This document shows positions 9,851-19,441 of a stretch of 64,000 bases of DNA, piece by piece. This stretch comes from Candidatus Thorarchaeota archaeon (GTDB lineage Archaea > Asgardarchaeota > Thorarchaeia > Thorarchaeales > Thorarchaeaceae). Made by a program: the position numbers and the translations under genes. The stretch covers positions 160,001 through 224,000 of the forward strand of contig JBHLRZ010000001.1 in NCBI GenBank assembly GCA_048882045.1, given 5' to 3'. Within the stretch, counting starts at the first letter, position 1. Each line of letters starts with the position of its first letter. A model generated the notes under the pieces. It made no database searches. It saw nothing but the letters and a program-made list of their open reading frames with translations, and was not told the DNA's origin.

Positions 9851-10776
9851 AACCACTTCTTGGCAGCATAGTAGACAACTAGAGCCATGATTCCACTAGA
9901 GAACAATAGAACAGCTACAAAAGCCAAAGCACGTGACTCCAATCCGGGATTTGGCGTAGTTGTCGTTGTAGTGGTAGGACTGGTTGTTGTAACAACTGTT
10001 CCTGCTGAAAATTCTGCATCAGACCGATCCGAGGTGAAGTATATGCTGTCAGTAGCCCTTACCTCTACAGTGTAGTTGTCTGATTTGTTTAAACTTGAAC
10101 AGTCCCATTCAAACCATGTCTTGTTTGTAGATTTGACCAATGTTTCGAAGGATGCTCCTGAGTTATCAGAGAACATGACATCGAATAGTAGAGTATCATC
10201 TAGATTAGCATCGGAAGCTGTCCATGTGATGTTATGCAAAGATGTCCAATTTTCTCCGCCGTTTGGTGAGATTACGTTGACTATAGGCATGAAGAAATTA
10301 CCAATATAAACGTCCGAAATCTCAATGCTCATTACTGTTCCATTCGGTAATTGGGTTGATGCAATGATTGTACAGGTGGCGTTGTTTCCTAGAGCCCTTG
10401 TGTCAATCTCAAGAGTGGACTGGTTCTCATCCAAAATTAGTATGGAGGGTATTGCAGGAGCATGGATCTCTAGTCGAGAATTATTCACTGCAGGTTGCCA
10501 TCTGGTCTTCAAGGTCACGTGATCCCCAGCAATTATGTCGCCTGAGTGTACTGGAGTGTCTATGAGGAGTGTACGCGTAGTATAGGTCAGATTCAAGGTG
10601 GGAACGTCAGCAGATAGAGAAACCTGATTCGCAGGAGGTTGAGTGTCACGTGTATACAGGTTTTGGTTCTTCAATGTCATTGTAAACGGAGAAATCATGA
10701 GCGAAACTATTACTAGTCCAAGTATCACTCGACGGTCCGATACGATTCTAAGCCAACAGTTCATTCTAGATATCAA
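9847..10776 (-). CDS. Cell-surface glycoprotein with Ig/FN3-like domain, Thr-rich linker and C-terminal TM
   Basis: N-terminal hydrophobic segment, VISPNGGENW...ITWTASD motif, TTTSPTTTTTTT linker, C-terminal TM plus KK. Confidence 0.75.
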   Translation of the reverse strand: MISRMNCWLRIVSDRRVILGLVIVSLMISPFTMTLKNQNLYTRDTQPPANQVSLSADVPTLNLTYTTRTLLIDTPVHSGDIIAGDHVTLKTRWQPAVNNSRLEIHAPAIPSILILDENQSTLEIDTRALGNNATCTIIASTQLPNGTVMSIEISDVYIGNFFMPIVNVISPNGGENWTSLHNITWTASDANLDDTLLFDVMFSDNSGASFETLVKSTNKTWFEWDCSSLNKSDNYTVEVRATDSIYFTSDRSDAEFSAGTVVTTTSPTTTTTTTPNPGLESRALAFVAVLLFSSGIMALVVYYAAKKWF

Positions 10777-11249
10777 TCTCGTTCACCTTCTGGGAAAGGT
10801 TGTTCCCTCCAGACTTTCAGAGCCTCGTACCATAGTACAGCACACACAGAACAGAGTAGTAGGAGTAGAATAGTTGAATACCAATCCATCGCAACCCAGA
10901 GCAGAATCCCGAGGGCTGAGGTCAGGGAAGTATAGAATGTAGCGTAGAATAGGAAACGAGGGACCATGAGTCTTCCACGTCCCATGAACTGGTTGAGTAT
11001 CCCAATTCTCACATCCCGCTTCACAGTATACTGTCCGTGTACATCCTTTTCAACCAGACCAAATTGCCTCAGACGCTCAAGGTGATGCATTGAGAGCGAC
11101 GGACTAGAGAGTTCCGCCCCACGTTGGATCTCACGCGCAGTGAGTGGTTCAGAGTGTCTCAACATGTACCAGTATACGCTTAGGGTCTTTCCTTTAACGA
11201 GTTCTGCCAACTCCTCGTCGGTTGGATTCTCTTTGGTCAAGACCCGCAA
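10773..11249 (-). CDS. Winged-helix (ArsR-like) regulator with two C-terminal TM helices
   Basis: KGKTLSVYWYML...TAREIQRGAELSSPSLSMHHLERLRQFGLVEK HTH followed by two hydrophobic segments; stop overlaps the start of the surface-protein gene. Confidence 0.78.
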   Translation of the reverse strand: MRVLTKENPTDEELAELVKGKTLSVYWYMLRHSEPLTAREIQRGAELSSPSLSMHHLERLRQFGLVEKDVHGQYTVKRDVRIGILNQFMGRGRLMVPRFLFYATFYTSLTSALGILLWVAMDWYSTILLLLLCSVCAVLWYEALKVWREQPFPEGERD

Positions 11250-11400
11250 CTCCGAAAATCTGGAGTCTGTCTAAGCTCTAAGACTCTTAAAACCTGCTAA
11301 TTGTTCAGTTGGAATTGGTCCCTCAAGGTAAGGCTAAAATAGCTTGACCGTGCGCCAAGGTTCACGCCTGAACAGGATTCTGTTCGAGGAGACAACATAG

Positions 11401-11739
11401 ATGTCAATGGCTCGAAAACCAATCACACCGAAACCTCCTCGTGTTAGAGAGAAGGTGCTAGTTATTCTCCAAGAACAGTGTAAGCAGTGCATGCTCTGTG
11501 TTGAATTCTGTCCGAAGAACGTGCTGTGTCTTACAGACATCTACAATCGTAAAGGATACCATCCTGTCACTGCTTGTGACATTGATGCATGTGTCAACTG
11601 TGAGTTTTGCGAACGAATCTGTCCCGATATGGCAATCTTCCTAGCTGACCGTGAAGAGGCGAAGAAGGCGTATAAGACAGGAGCTGTCGCTGAGGGAACT
11701 GTGATCCCTGAGTTTGATGCTGAGAAGGAGGAGTCCTGA
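11401..11739 (+). CDS. korD: 2-oxoacid:ferredoxin oxidoreductase delta subunit (2x[4Fe-4S])
   Basis: CKQCMLCVEFCP and CVNCEFCERICPDMAI, NRKGYHP; precedes the alpha subunit. Confidence 0.85.
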   Translation: MSMARKPITPKPPRVREKVLVILQEQCKQCMLCVEFCPKNVLCLTDIYNRKGYHPVTACDIDACVNCEFCERICPDMAIFLADREEAKKAYKTGAVAEGTVIPEFDAEKEES

Positions 11740-11742
11740 TAG

Positions 11743-12879
11743 ATGCCTGAGCGGGTCATGTTCACAATGGGAGACATTGCATGTGCAGAAGGTGCCCTCA
11801 GTGCAGGCTGCAGATATTTTGGAGGCTATCCTATCACTCCAGCTACAGAGATTGCAGAGTGGATGTCTCTTCGGATGCCAGAGCTTGGTGGAGCATATGT
11901 CCAATACGAGGATGAAATTGCATCCATCACGAGTGTGATCGGAGCGTCATGGACTGGTGTGAAGTCGATGACAGCAACTTCGGGTCCTGGTGTGAGCCTT
12001 ATGTTGGAAGCTATAGGACTTGCTGTGATGACAGAAACTCCACTTGTCTTGGTAAACATCATGAGAGGTGGACCAAGTACAGGACAACCAACGAAAGGGC
12101 AACAGGGGGATGTCATGCAGGCAAAGTGGGGAAGCCATGGAGACTACCAAATAATCGCATTGACACCAGCTTCTGTTCAAGAAATGTTTGATCAGACAGT
12201 ACAAGCATTCAATCTATCTGAGAAGTACAGAACACCAGTGTTTGTTCTTGCAGATGAAACAGTTGGACATATGAGAGAGAGACTGGTCATCCCTGATGAG
12301 AAGAATCTCAAGCTTGAGTATCGAAAAACTCCTTCAGGTCCTCCTGAGGACTATCTACCCTTCAAAGCAGATGATGATCTTGTTCCACCGATGGCGTTGT
12401 TCGGGTCCAAGTATCAGTTCTATGCAACTGGACTGACTCATGATGAGCGTGGATATCCCAGTGATAAGGAGAACGTTCAGATCGAGCTCATAACGAGACT
12501 CAATAATAAGATACTACACAATGCTGACAAAATTATAGACGTGGAGAGATTCATGCTAGATGATGCTAAGATTGGCGTCGTTTCATATGGAACTCCATCA
12601 AGGAGCGCAAAGAAAGCAATTAAGGAAGCAAGAGCCGAGGGGATCAAAGCTGGAATGCTTCGTTTGAAGACCGTCTGGCCATTCCCTGAGAAACAGATTG
12701 CCAAACTTGCTTCGGAAGTTGATCACATCATTGTGGCGGAGCAAAATCTAGGGCAAGTCTATCACATGGTAAAGGGTGAGGCTGCACCGACACCAGTTCA
12801 TCTCATGGTTAAACCAGCAGGAATGCCACAATTACCAAACGAGATACTAGATAAAATCAAGGAAGTGAATGTATCCTAG
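11743..12879 (+). CDS. korA: 2-oxoacid:ferredoxin oxidoreductase alpha subunit
   Basis: GYPITPATE, QYEDEIAS, TATSGPG, RGGPSTGQPT. Confidence 0.93.
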   Translation: MPERVMFTMGDIACAEGALSAGCRYFGGYPITPATEIAEWMSLRMPELGGAYVQYEDEIASITSVIGASWTGVKSMTATSGPGVSLMLEAIGLAVMTETPLVLVNIMRGGPSTGQPTKGQQGDVMQAKWGSHGDYQIIALTPASVQEMFDQTVQAFNLSEKYRTPVFVLADETVGHMRERLVIPDEKNLKLEYRKTPSGPPEDYLPFKADDDLVPPMALFGSKYQFYATGLTHDERGYPSDKENVQIELITRLNNKILHNADKIIDVERFMLDDAKIGVVSYGTPSRSAKKAIKEARAEGIKAGMLRLKTVWPFPEKQIAKLASEVDHIIVAEQNLGQVYHMVKGEAAPTPVHLMVKPAGMPQLPNEILDKIKEVNVS

Positions 12880-12929
12880 CTGCTCCAAAAGTATACTGCA
12901 GCATCTCCATACTACACTGCTTGATTCGG

Positions 12930-13445
12930 TTAGACAAAAGATTCGCAGATTCTTGCAGATATTAGCTCGAATGCTTTGTTCACATTCTTATCAAGTAAAA
13001 CTGAAACTTCGATGTAGTCCATTCCCAGTTTCGCAGCCATTTCTTTGCCTTCAACCGTTGAAATGACCCTCTCGTCGACAAGGTCTACTTTGTTTGCTAC
13101 AAGAAGTGATAGATACTCATCTACATGCCGATCCACTTCATTCTTCCAGTCGTTCACAGCGTTTAATGACTCCCAAGATGTAACATCATACATGAAGATG
13201 ACACCCTGTGTTCCGATGTAGTAGTTAGCTCGAACCCGTTCAAGGAAGTCCTGAGAGCCAAGGTCCCAGATTTGAGCATTAACAAAATTGTTTCCCAGCT
13301 TCATTTTTTTGTAGGCAAATCCGGTTCCAAGTGTGGGGGAATAGTGCTCGCGAAAAGTTCCAGTGCTATAGCGAATAATGATACTCGTCTTCCCCACTGA
13401 AGCTGCTCCTACTGTACAAATCTTCAGAAGATACGTGGGACTCAT
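12930..13445 (-). CDS. Rab-like small GTPase (Ras superfamily)
   Basis: G1 GAASVGKT, G2 YSPTLG, G3 WDLGSQ, G4 ANKVD, G5 VSVL; YY.G..G...YDVT; no C-terminal prenylation box. Confidence 0.9.
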   Translation of the reverse strand: MSPTYLLKICTVGAASVGKTSIIIRYSTGTFREHYSPTLGTGFAYKKMKLGNNFVNAQIWDLGSQDFLERVRANYYIGTQGVIFMYDVTSWESLNAVNDWKNEVDRHVDEYLSLLVANKVDLVDERVISTVEGKEMAAKLGMDYIEVSVLLDKNVNKAFELISARICESFV

Positions 13446-13520
13446 TATTTATCAGCTCTGTCGGTACTTATTCACTAGTGAGCCATCAGATAACCGTTAC
13501 TTCGATATATGATTGAGGTT

Positions 13521-15101
13521 CTAAACACTTATCCTCTTTGGGAGGGGTAATCTACGTTGTCGTGTTAGAATCAATAGAGTAAATCTGGCAGCATTTCCAA
13601 GCTTTGAATACTCGATCAAAAACTTCTCTTGATTTTCCTCCTTCTGCCAGCCCACCCAGAAGTCAGGTGGAATGTCCATCAGTGGGACCCCAGATGCCTG
13701 GCAAATCCTTGTCATACGCTCTGTACCATAGATCCCTTGACCTCTTGTCACCAATGTGTAGATTACTTCATCCAGAGGATCATCACCTGTTGGTTTGAGA
13801 GAACCAGTCTTGATTCTTCGAACTGGTGATGACCTTTGTGAAGTCAACTGTTCAAGCCACAGTGGGAACTCTTCAAACCCTCTCAGGTCAAATGGTGAAA
13901 AGCGAGTTAGTATCCGTTCAGAAAACGCTTCAGTAAGTCTAACAATGAACTGGTCGAGTTTGTTTGGTTCTAATAATGCGGCAAACTGAGCAAGAAGCTT
14001 CATCCATTCACCATAAAGCAACATGAGCCTCCGATTGTTAAGACCTTCAAGCATTTTGAAGTCAAAATCAACCGACCACACATGGTTGGTCACACGTAAT
14101 TGCCCAAGAGTTTCAGGAGTATCACTACGACTCATGACTGATGTTAGAGCTGTTGTTGCTTCACCTGTGTTGCAACAATCCTCAGCGACACGAAGCGATA
14201 TCTCAAGGACTTCCTTCGCAAGTAGAATCCTTCTCTTCTCTGGAGATAGCGCTTCGATGACTTCCCTCTCAAGTAGAAAGTCCAAGACTCTCAGAATCTC
14301 CCTCTCATCGTACGATTCTCCCAGTTCAATGAGTATCTCACGAACAGTCCTTCGACCCTCTAAGAGGCCCGCAAGGCGGGGAATGACTCCGACCATTTCT
14401 GGATAATGACTGCGCATCGATTCGGTTTCTCTAGATGTCGCTTGAAGATATTTTAGAAATCCTGTTTTGGATGACACAAAGTCATCAAAACTCAGCATGT
14501 TGCGAAATCTGATCACGCGATGTGCCCACATTCGAGATATCTCAAGCAGTAGGTCTCTCTTTGCAAGTCCACTCACATCGAGAATCTCTTTTACATTTCT
14601 GGAGCCGTTGATGAACGGCTCTAATGTTCCACTCGTGTCAACGATAGTATTTGGATCAACTGTGAAGTAGGGTACCCAAGAATCAGGAAGATCTTCAAAG
14701 GAGAGTTTCTCCATGACTCGTTCTCCGAATGGCTCTAGGTAAACATCCGAGAACGATACATCGATACCTAGTAACTCTGTGGCAAGCAGCCATTTCTCCT
14801 CAAACTCAGAGAGGAGCGAGTTCAGAATAGCGACAATCTCTGTGTTGAGACGCTGTACCCCTACTGCAATCATGTGAGTAGCTTCTCCATTAAGAACAGT
14901 GAAGATGTGAGCACCATAGTCTACAGTAAATACTGGTGCACTCTGCTGGAATACCTCTTTTGAAAACATGTCGATTGCAGCGAAGAAGCTGGATGCAAGG
15001 ACCGGGTCCATTCCAAAGGCTCGTGGGTCGAGTTGCATATAGAAACGTGGATTGCCATTTTTATCAGTGATGAGAATGGCTTCGATACTGTGTCCAGTCA
15101 T
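13521..15101 (-). CDS. Longin-like N-terminal domain + two winged-helix modules + helical C-terminus (NPRL2-like architecture); putative GTPase regulator
   Basis: N-terminus IEAILITDKNGNPRF...DPVLASSFFAAIDMFSKEV is typical of longin-type domains; two wHTH-like units FINGSRNVKEI and LLEGRRTVREI; adjacent to the GTPase. Confidence 0.6.
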   Translation of the reverse strand: MTGHSIEAILITDKNGNPRFYMQLDPRAFGMDPVLASSFFAAIDMFSKEVFQQSAPVFTVDYGAHIFTVLNGEATHMIAVGVQRLNTEIVAILNSLLSEFEEKWLLATELLGIDVSFSDVYLEPFGERVMEKLSFEDLPDSWVPYFTVDPNTIVDTSGTLEPFINGSRNVKEILDVSGLAKRDLLLEISRMWAHRVIRFRNMLSFDDFVSSKTGFLKYLQATSRETESMRSHYPEMVGVIPRLAGLLEGRRTVREILIELGESYDEREILRVLDFLLEREVIEALSPEKRRILLAKEVLEISLRVAEDCCNTGEATTALTSVMSRSDTPETLGQLRVTNHVWSVDFDFKMLEGLNNRRLMLLYGEWMKLLAQFAALLEPNKLDQFIVRLTEAFSERILTRFSPFDLRGFEEFPLWLEQLTSQRSSPVRRIKTGSLKPTGDDPLDEVIYTLVTRGQGIYGTERMTRICQASGVPLMDIPPDFWVGWQKEENQEKFLIEYSKLGNAARFTLLILTRQRRLPLPKRISV

Positions 15102-15215
15102 AGATACTCGCCATTTTCAAGGCGGGTAGAATGAATATTAGCATTCTTCGGAGAGAATGACACGATGTCAGGTGCATTGAGTAAGAGTTAAGAAACAGCC
15201 AATTCGCAAGAATTC

Positions 15216-16196
15216 ATGAAAATTCTTCTTACTGGAGCCTTTGGCAACGTAGGTGAGAGCACACTACTTGCCTTGTTCAAAAAGGACTATGATATTAGAT
15301 GTTTTGATCTCAAGACTGAGAGAAATGAAAAGATTCAGAAGCGTCTTGCCAAGATGGAACAGTTTGACACTGTATGGGGAGACATCCGTAATCAAGCAAC
15401 GGTCGAAACCATCGTTGAAGGAATTGATTGCATCATACACCTAGCTGCAATTATCCCTCCTCTATCAGAGTCTAAACCAGATTTCGCAAGATCAGTAAAC
15501 ATTGAAGGAACCAAACTTTTAGTCAAAACAGCTGAAAAGCAGGAAGTCAAACCAAAATTTGTCTTTGCTAGCTCCGTTTCCCTTTTTGGTCCAACTATGC
15601 ATCTACAACCACCACGAACCATACAAGATCCAGTGAATCCCACAGACACCTACACTGAAACTAAATTTGAATGTGAGAAAACAATCAAATCGTCTAGTAT
15701 TCAATGGACAATACTAAGATTGGCTGCAACCCCTCCTATCGAGATGACGACAGAAATCGACCCCATAGTATTTGAGATGCCCTTGGATCAGCGAATTGAG
15801 TTTGTACACTCAAGAGACGTAGGACAAGCTTTTGCAAATGCTATTGAAGCAGAAACTATTGGGAAGACACTCCTCATTGGAGGCGGACCATCCAGTCAGA
15901 TGGTTCAACGAGAATTTCTAACAAAGCTTTTCGATGGAATGGGAATCGGAATGCTTCCTGATTCTGCTTTCAGAGTTGCCACAAAACCTGAGGAATATTT
16001 CTATACTGACTGGCTTGACACTCGAGAATCACAACAACTGCTGCAGTATCAGTCAAGATCAGTTGAGGATTACATTAAGGAGATGACGTCTCAGCTTGGG
16101 ATGATGAGATATTTGACTAGATTGTTCAAAGGTCTAGCACGGAAACGGATACTCGATGCCTCACCATATTATCAAACTACAAAGCAAGTCGAATAA
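15216..16196 (+). CDS. NAD(P)-dependent epimerase/dehydratase (extended SDR)
   Basis: TGAFGNVG, IIHLAA, FASS, YTETK. Confidence 0.88.
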   Translation: MKILLTGAFGNVGESTLLALFKKDYDIRCFDLKTERNEKIQKRLAKMEQFDTVWGDIRNQATVETIVEGIDCIIHLAAIIPPLSESKPDFARSVNIEGTKLLVKTAEKQEVKPKFVFASSVSLFGPTMHLQPPRTIQDPVNPTDTYTETKFECEKTIKSSSIQWTILRLAATPPIEMTTEIDPIVFEMPLDQRIEFVHSRDVGQAFANAIEAETIGKTLLIGGGPSSQMVQREFLTKLFDGMGIGMLPDSAFRVATKPEEYFYTDWLDTRESQQLLQYQSRSVEDYIKEMTSQLGMMRYLTRLFKGLARKRILDASPYYQTTKQVE

Positions 16197-16376
16197 CTCT
16201 CGATGGAGAGAGTGTCCAAAGTGTATACAATTTCAACTTTGCAATGACACTAGAAGCAATTAGATAAGATTCACAAGCAATAACAAGTAAACACTGTTAA
16301 GAAAACAGGATGCCACACCCACAAATCTTTAATCCACTTTGCCCTAGGCCCGACTCGTGCACAGGAGAGTCTCTCA

Positions 16377-17219
16377 GTGACCGAGTCGACACCCATCTTG
16401 AAGCATCCGATGGCGAAGTACATACGAGAAGATAGGCAACCCTGGATCTACTGTTCTGGTTGTTCTATCGGTGTAGTTACAAGTATGATTGCCAGGGCAA
16501 TCGACAACTTAGGTCTAGACTTCAACAAGATAGTCGTGGTTTCAGGAATCGGATGCACTGGTCGTACATCTGGTTACTTCAAGACTGGAACGTATCACAC
16601 GACTCATGGGAGAGCAATTGCTTTTGCTGAGGGTGTCAAGATTGCTAATCCCGACCTAGAGGTCATTGTTGTCAGCGGTGATGGCGACCTCGCAGCCATC
16701 GGAGGAAACCACCTCATTCACGCCTGTCGAAGGAACATAGACATGACGGTCGTTTGCGTGAACAACTTCAATTATGGAATGACAGGTGGCCAATTCGGAC
16801 CAACGACCGAACATGAGAGGTACTCTCAAACCAGCCCGAGACCCATTGGAAACATAGAACACCCCTTCAACCTAGTGAAATTGGCTGCGTCATCTGGAGC
16901 GACCTTTGTAGCCAGATGGACTGCAGTACAGGCAAGAAGAGCGACCAAGTCGATTGAGAAGGGCATCCAGAAAGAGGGATTCTCATTTATCGAGATAATT
17001 GGAGCCTGTCCTACAGAGTACGGGAGAATGAACAGATTGGGCGATGGAGTCACTATGCACAAACACCTGCTTGAGGTTGCAGAGATTCAGAATGGTCTTC
17101 CACCGCACGAGGCTGAACTCGATTATGCAACGAGAATTGTCTGTGGGGAGTTTTTGAACATCGAGAAACCAGAATATACAGCTGTCCTCCGTGAGATGCA
17201 GAAGAAGCTCAAGGAATGA
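16377..17219 (+). CDS. korB: 2-oxoacid:ferredoxin oxidoreductase beta (TPP-binding) subunit
   Basis: YCSGC, SGIGC, HTTHGRA, GDGD...IGGNH...NNFNYGMTGGQ, CPT. Confidence 0.93.
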   Translation: MTESTPILKHPMAKYIREDRQPWIYCSGCSIGVVTSMIARAIDNLGLDFNKIVVVSGIGCTGRTSGYFKTGTYHTTHGRAIAFAEGVKIANPDLEVIVVSGDGDLAAIGGNHLIHACRRNIDMTVVCVNNFNYGMTGGQFGPTTEHERYSQTSPRPIGNIEHPFNLVKLAASSGATFVARWTAVQARRATKSIEKGIQKEGFSFIEIIGACPTEYGRMNRLGDGVTMHKHLLEVAEIQNGLPPHEAELDYATRIVCGEFLNIEKPEYTAVLREMQKKLKE

Positions 17220-17782
17220 TTCTGATGACACGCTATGAAATCCGATTTGGTGGTTTTGGAGGACAAGGAATAGTCACCATGGCAGTCGTTCTTGGAGAAG
17301 CAGTTTCACTTGTTGAGAAGAAAGAGTGTGTACAGACGCAGAGTTACGGACCAGAGGCGAGGGGTGGAGCCACCAAAAGCGAGCTGGTTATTGATGACGA
17401 AGAAGTAGACTATCCTAAGGTACAGGAACCCGATGTGTTCGTTGCCATGAGTCGAGCTGCATACTTGGAATACATTGATGGACTCAAGGAAGACGGAATT
17501 CTCATTATCGATGAGGACTTGGTGGAGATCGAAAGCGATCTGCCTGATGGAATCAAGATCTACAAGATTCCAGCGACAAGAATCGCAGACGTTGACATAG
17601 GAACGAAACAAGCTACGAATGTTGTGATGTTAGGAGCTCTGACGGCAATTACTGGAATAGTCACACTTGAAGGCCTCAAACAGCAGATAATTGACCGCTG
17701 GCCAAGGTTCAAGGAAACCAACCTGAAAGCGCTGGAGCTGGGTGTGAAGGCTGGTAAAGAGGCTGTTCCATTCAGTAAATAG
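17216..17782 (+). CDS. korC: 2-oxoacid:ferredoxin oxidoreductase gamma subunit (start possibly 17225)
   Basis: GGFGGQGI, QSYGPEARGG, NVVMLGAL. Confidence 0.92.
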   Translation: MILMTRYEIRFGGFGGQGIVTMAVVLGEAVSLVEKKECVQTQSYGPEARGGATKSELVIDDEEVDYPKVQEPDVFVAMSRAAYLEYIDGLKEDGILIIDEDLVEIESDLPDGIKIYKIPATRIADVDIGTKQATNVVMLGALTAITGIVTLEGLKQQIIDRWPRFKETNLKALELGVKAGKEAVPFSK

Positions 17783-17817
17783 AGCTCAGCAGCCTTATGT
17801 GAGACTGGTTCCATCAA

Positions 17818-18291
17818 TTGATTATGAGTTCTAAAAATCCACTAGAAGATTGGTACTTTCTCATTGGCGAATGGGAAGGCGGGTCGACTGATCAGTTTGA
17901 TGAAGAAGGGACAATCAAGACATCTGAGGTATACACTCTGGAGTTGAATGGGGTCTATATCATGGGTAGACACGATGCTTTCAACAAAGATGGAAACCTC
18001 ATTCACAAAGCCCTCAGCATGCTCTACTATGATAGACATAACAAGATAATGCTGCGGAAGACATTCTACTCATACGGCTTCACGAACAACGAGGTGGAGC
18101 TTGAGAGAACTGATGACATGATTCGTTTTGAGGTCGTTCAAGAGCCTATACCTCAAGCCTTTGATGGGATGAAGTGGAGATCCTATATCAAGAAAGTTTC
18201 AGAAACTGAGATTCGTGATGGATTAGAAGTTTGCAAACCAGGAGAAGATTTCTCCAGCTATGGAGAGTCCGTTTCAAAGAAAATTAAATGA
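17818..18291 (+). CDS. Hypothetical beta-barrel (DUF1579/nitrobindin-like) protein
   Basis: L..LIGEWEG N-terminal motif typical of calycin-like barrels. Confidence 0.5.
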   Translation: MIMSSKNPLEDWYFLIGEWEGGSTDQFDEEGTIKTSEVYTLELNGVYIMGRHDAFNKDGNLIHKALSMLYYDRHNKIMLRKTFYSYGFTNNEVELERTDDMIRFEVVQEPIPQAFDGMKWRSYIKKVSETEIRDGLEVCKPGEDFSSYGESVSKKIK

Positions 18292-18292
18292 T

Positions 18293-18646
18293 TCATTTCT
18301 TCTTCTTAGGTTCCTTAGGAGGAAGAGTAGTGACATATGATATCGATTTCTTGATCAGCAACTTCAGTCTTGGTGATTCATCTAGCACCGAATCATTAAG
18401 CACAATATACTCACTCATGACCTTACCTTTCAGTGGTTCAAAGACAGTGATGTTATCCTGAGCCAGTGCTTCTTCACGGTCATCTGCAGAAAGCCTCAAG
18501 AAAAGGTCTGATCGATGAGTTCCGGTGAACATGTTCTTGTTTATGAAGAAAGCAACACCTCCGAACATCTTCTTCTCTGTATAATCTACATCCTTCAAAT
18601 GCGACTTTATGAGCCCATGTAGTTCTTCTTTTGATCGCTCGGTCAT
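18293..18646 (-). CDS. TfoX/Sxy N-terminal domain protein
   Basis: EKKMFGGVAFFINKNMF...LFLRL...M.EYI. Confidence 0.8.
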   Translation of the reverse strand: MTERSKEELHGLIKSHLKDVDYTEKKMFGGVAFFINKNMFTGTHRSDLFLRLSADDREEALAQDNITVFEPLKGKVMSEYIVLNDSVLDESPRLKLLIKKSISYVTTLPPKEPKKKK

Positions 18647-19428
18647 TAGTTGATTTCCTTCTCATCAAGAGCTAATACTGCAGCACCTAATGCCCCGGTG
18701 AGTTGTGGCTCCTGGGGAACCCAGAGTTCCACACCTAATTGTTTGGAAAGGTGATATCTGAATGCAGGGTTGAGAGCTACTCCGCCAGTCACACATACAG
18801 GCTCTTTGACACCAACTCGTTTCGAAAGCGCAGTAATCTTTGAAACCATGGATACGTGAACCCCTGCTGCAATGTCTGCAGCTGACTCTCCAGCGCCAAT
18901 GTGACCAATGACCTCGCTTTCCGCAAAGACGGTGCAAGTGCTACTTATCGAACTTGGGTTCTTTGATTTCAGTGCAAGAGGACCTAGTTCGTCTAAAGAT
19001 ACCTCAAGAACTCTTGCCATAACCTCAAGAAATCGACCAGTTCCAGCAGAACACTTGTCATTCAACTCAAAATCCTCAGGTCTTCCAGAGGGACCAACGC
19101 GAATGGCCTTGGCGTCTTGCCCTCCAACATCGATGAGCAATCGAATGTCTGGATTGATGTGATGTACTCCAACGCTATGGCAAGTAATCTCAGTGACTGA
19201 TTTTTCAGCCAGCTCAACGCGTGCTCGACCGTACCCTGTACTAATCACCGGGATTCCATTCAGATCTATGTTCGATGTTGAAGATATATTCCGTATCGTC
19301 TTTTCCACTGACTGGACAGCAGACGCTCCGGTTAGCATCAGTGATTTAGCCACAATCTCACCTGAGCTATCTAGCAGGACTCCCTTTGTTGTTGTAGATC
19401 CAACATCAATTCCAACACCGAAAGCCAC
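18646..19428 (-). CDS. CoA-substrate-specific enzyme activase (HgdC/BadG ASKHA ATPase, [4Fe-4S])
   Basis: GIDVGSTTTK, TGYGR, TEITCH, DVGGQDAK, NDKCSAGTGRFLE, SSTCTVFAESE. Confidence 0.93.
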   Translation of the reverse strand: MAFGVGIDVGSTTTKGVLLDSSGEIVAKSLMLTGASAVQSVEKTIRNISSTSNIDLNGIPVISTGYGRARVELAEKSVTEITCHSVGVHHINPDIRLLIDVGGQDAKAIRVGPSGRPEDFELNDKCSAGTGRFLEVMARVLEVSLDELGPLALKSKNPSSISSTCTVFAESEVIGHIGAGESAADIAAGVHVSMVSKITALSKRVGVKEPVCVTGGVALNPAFRYHLSKQLGVELWVPQEPQLTGALGAAVLALDEKEIN

Positions 19429-19441
19429 TGATTTTCTCTCC

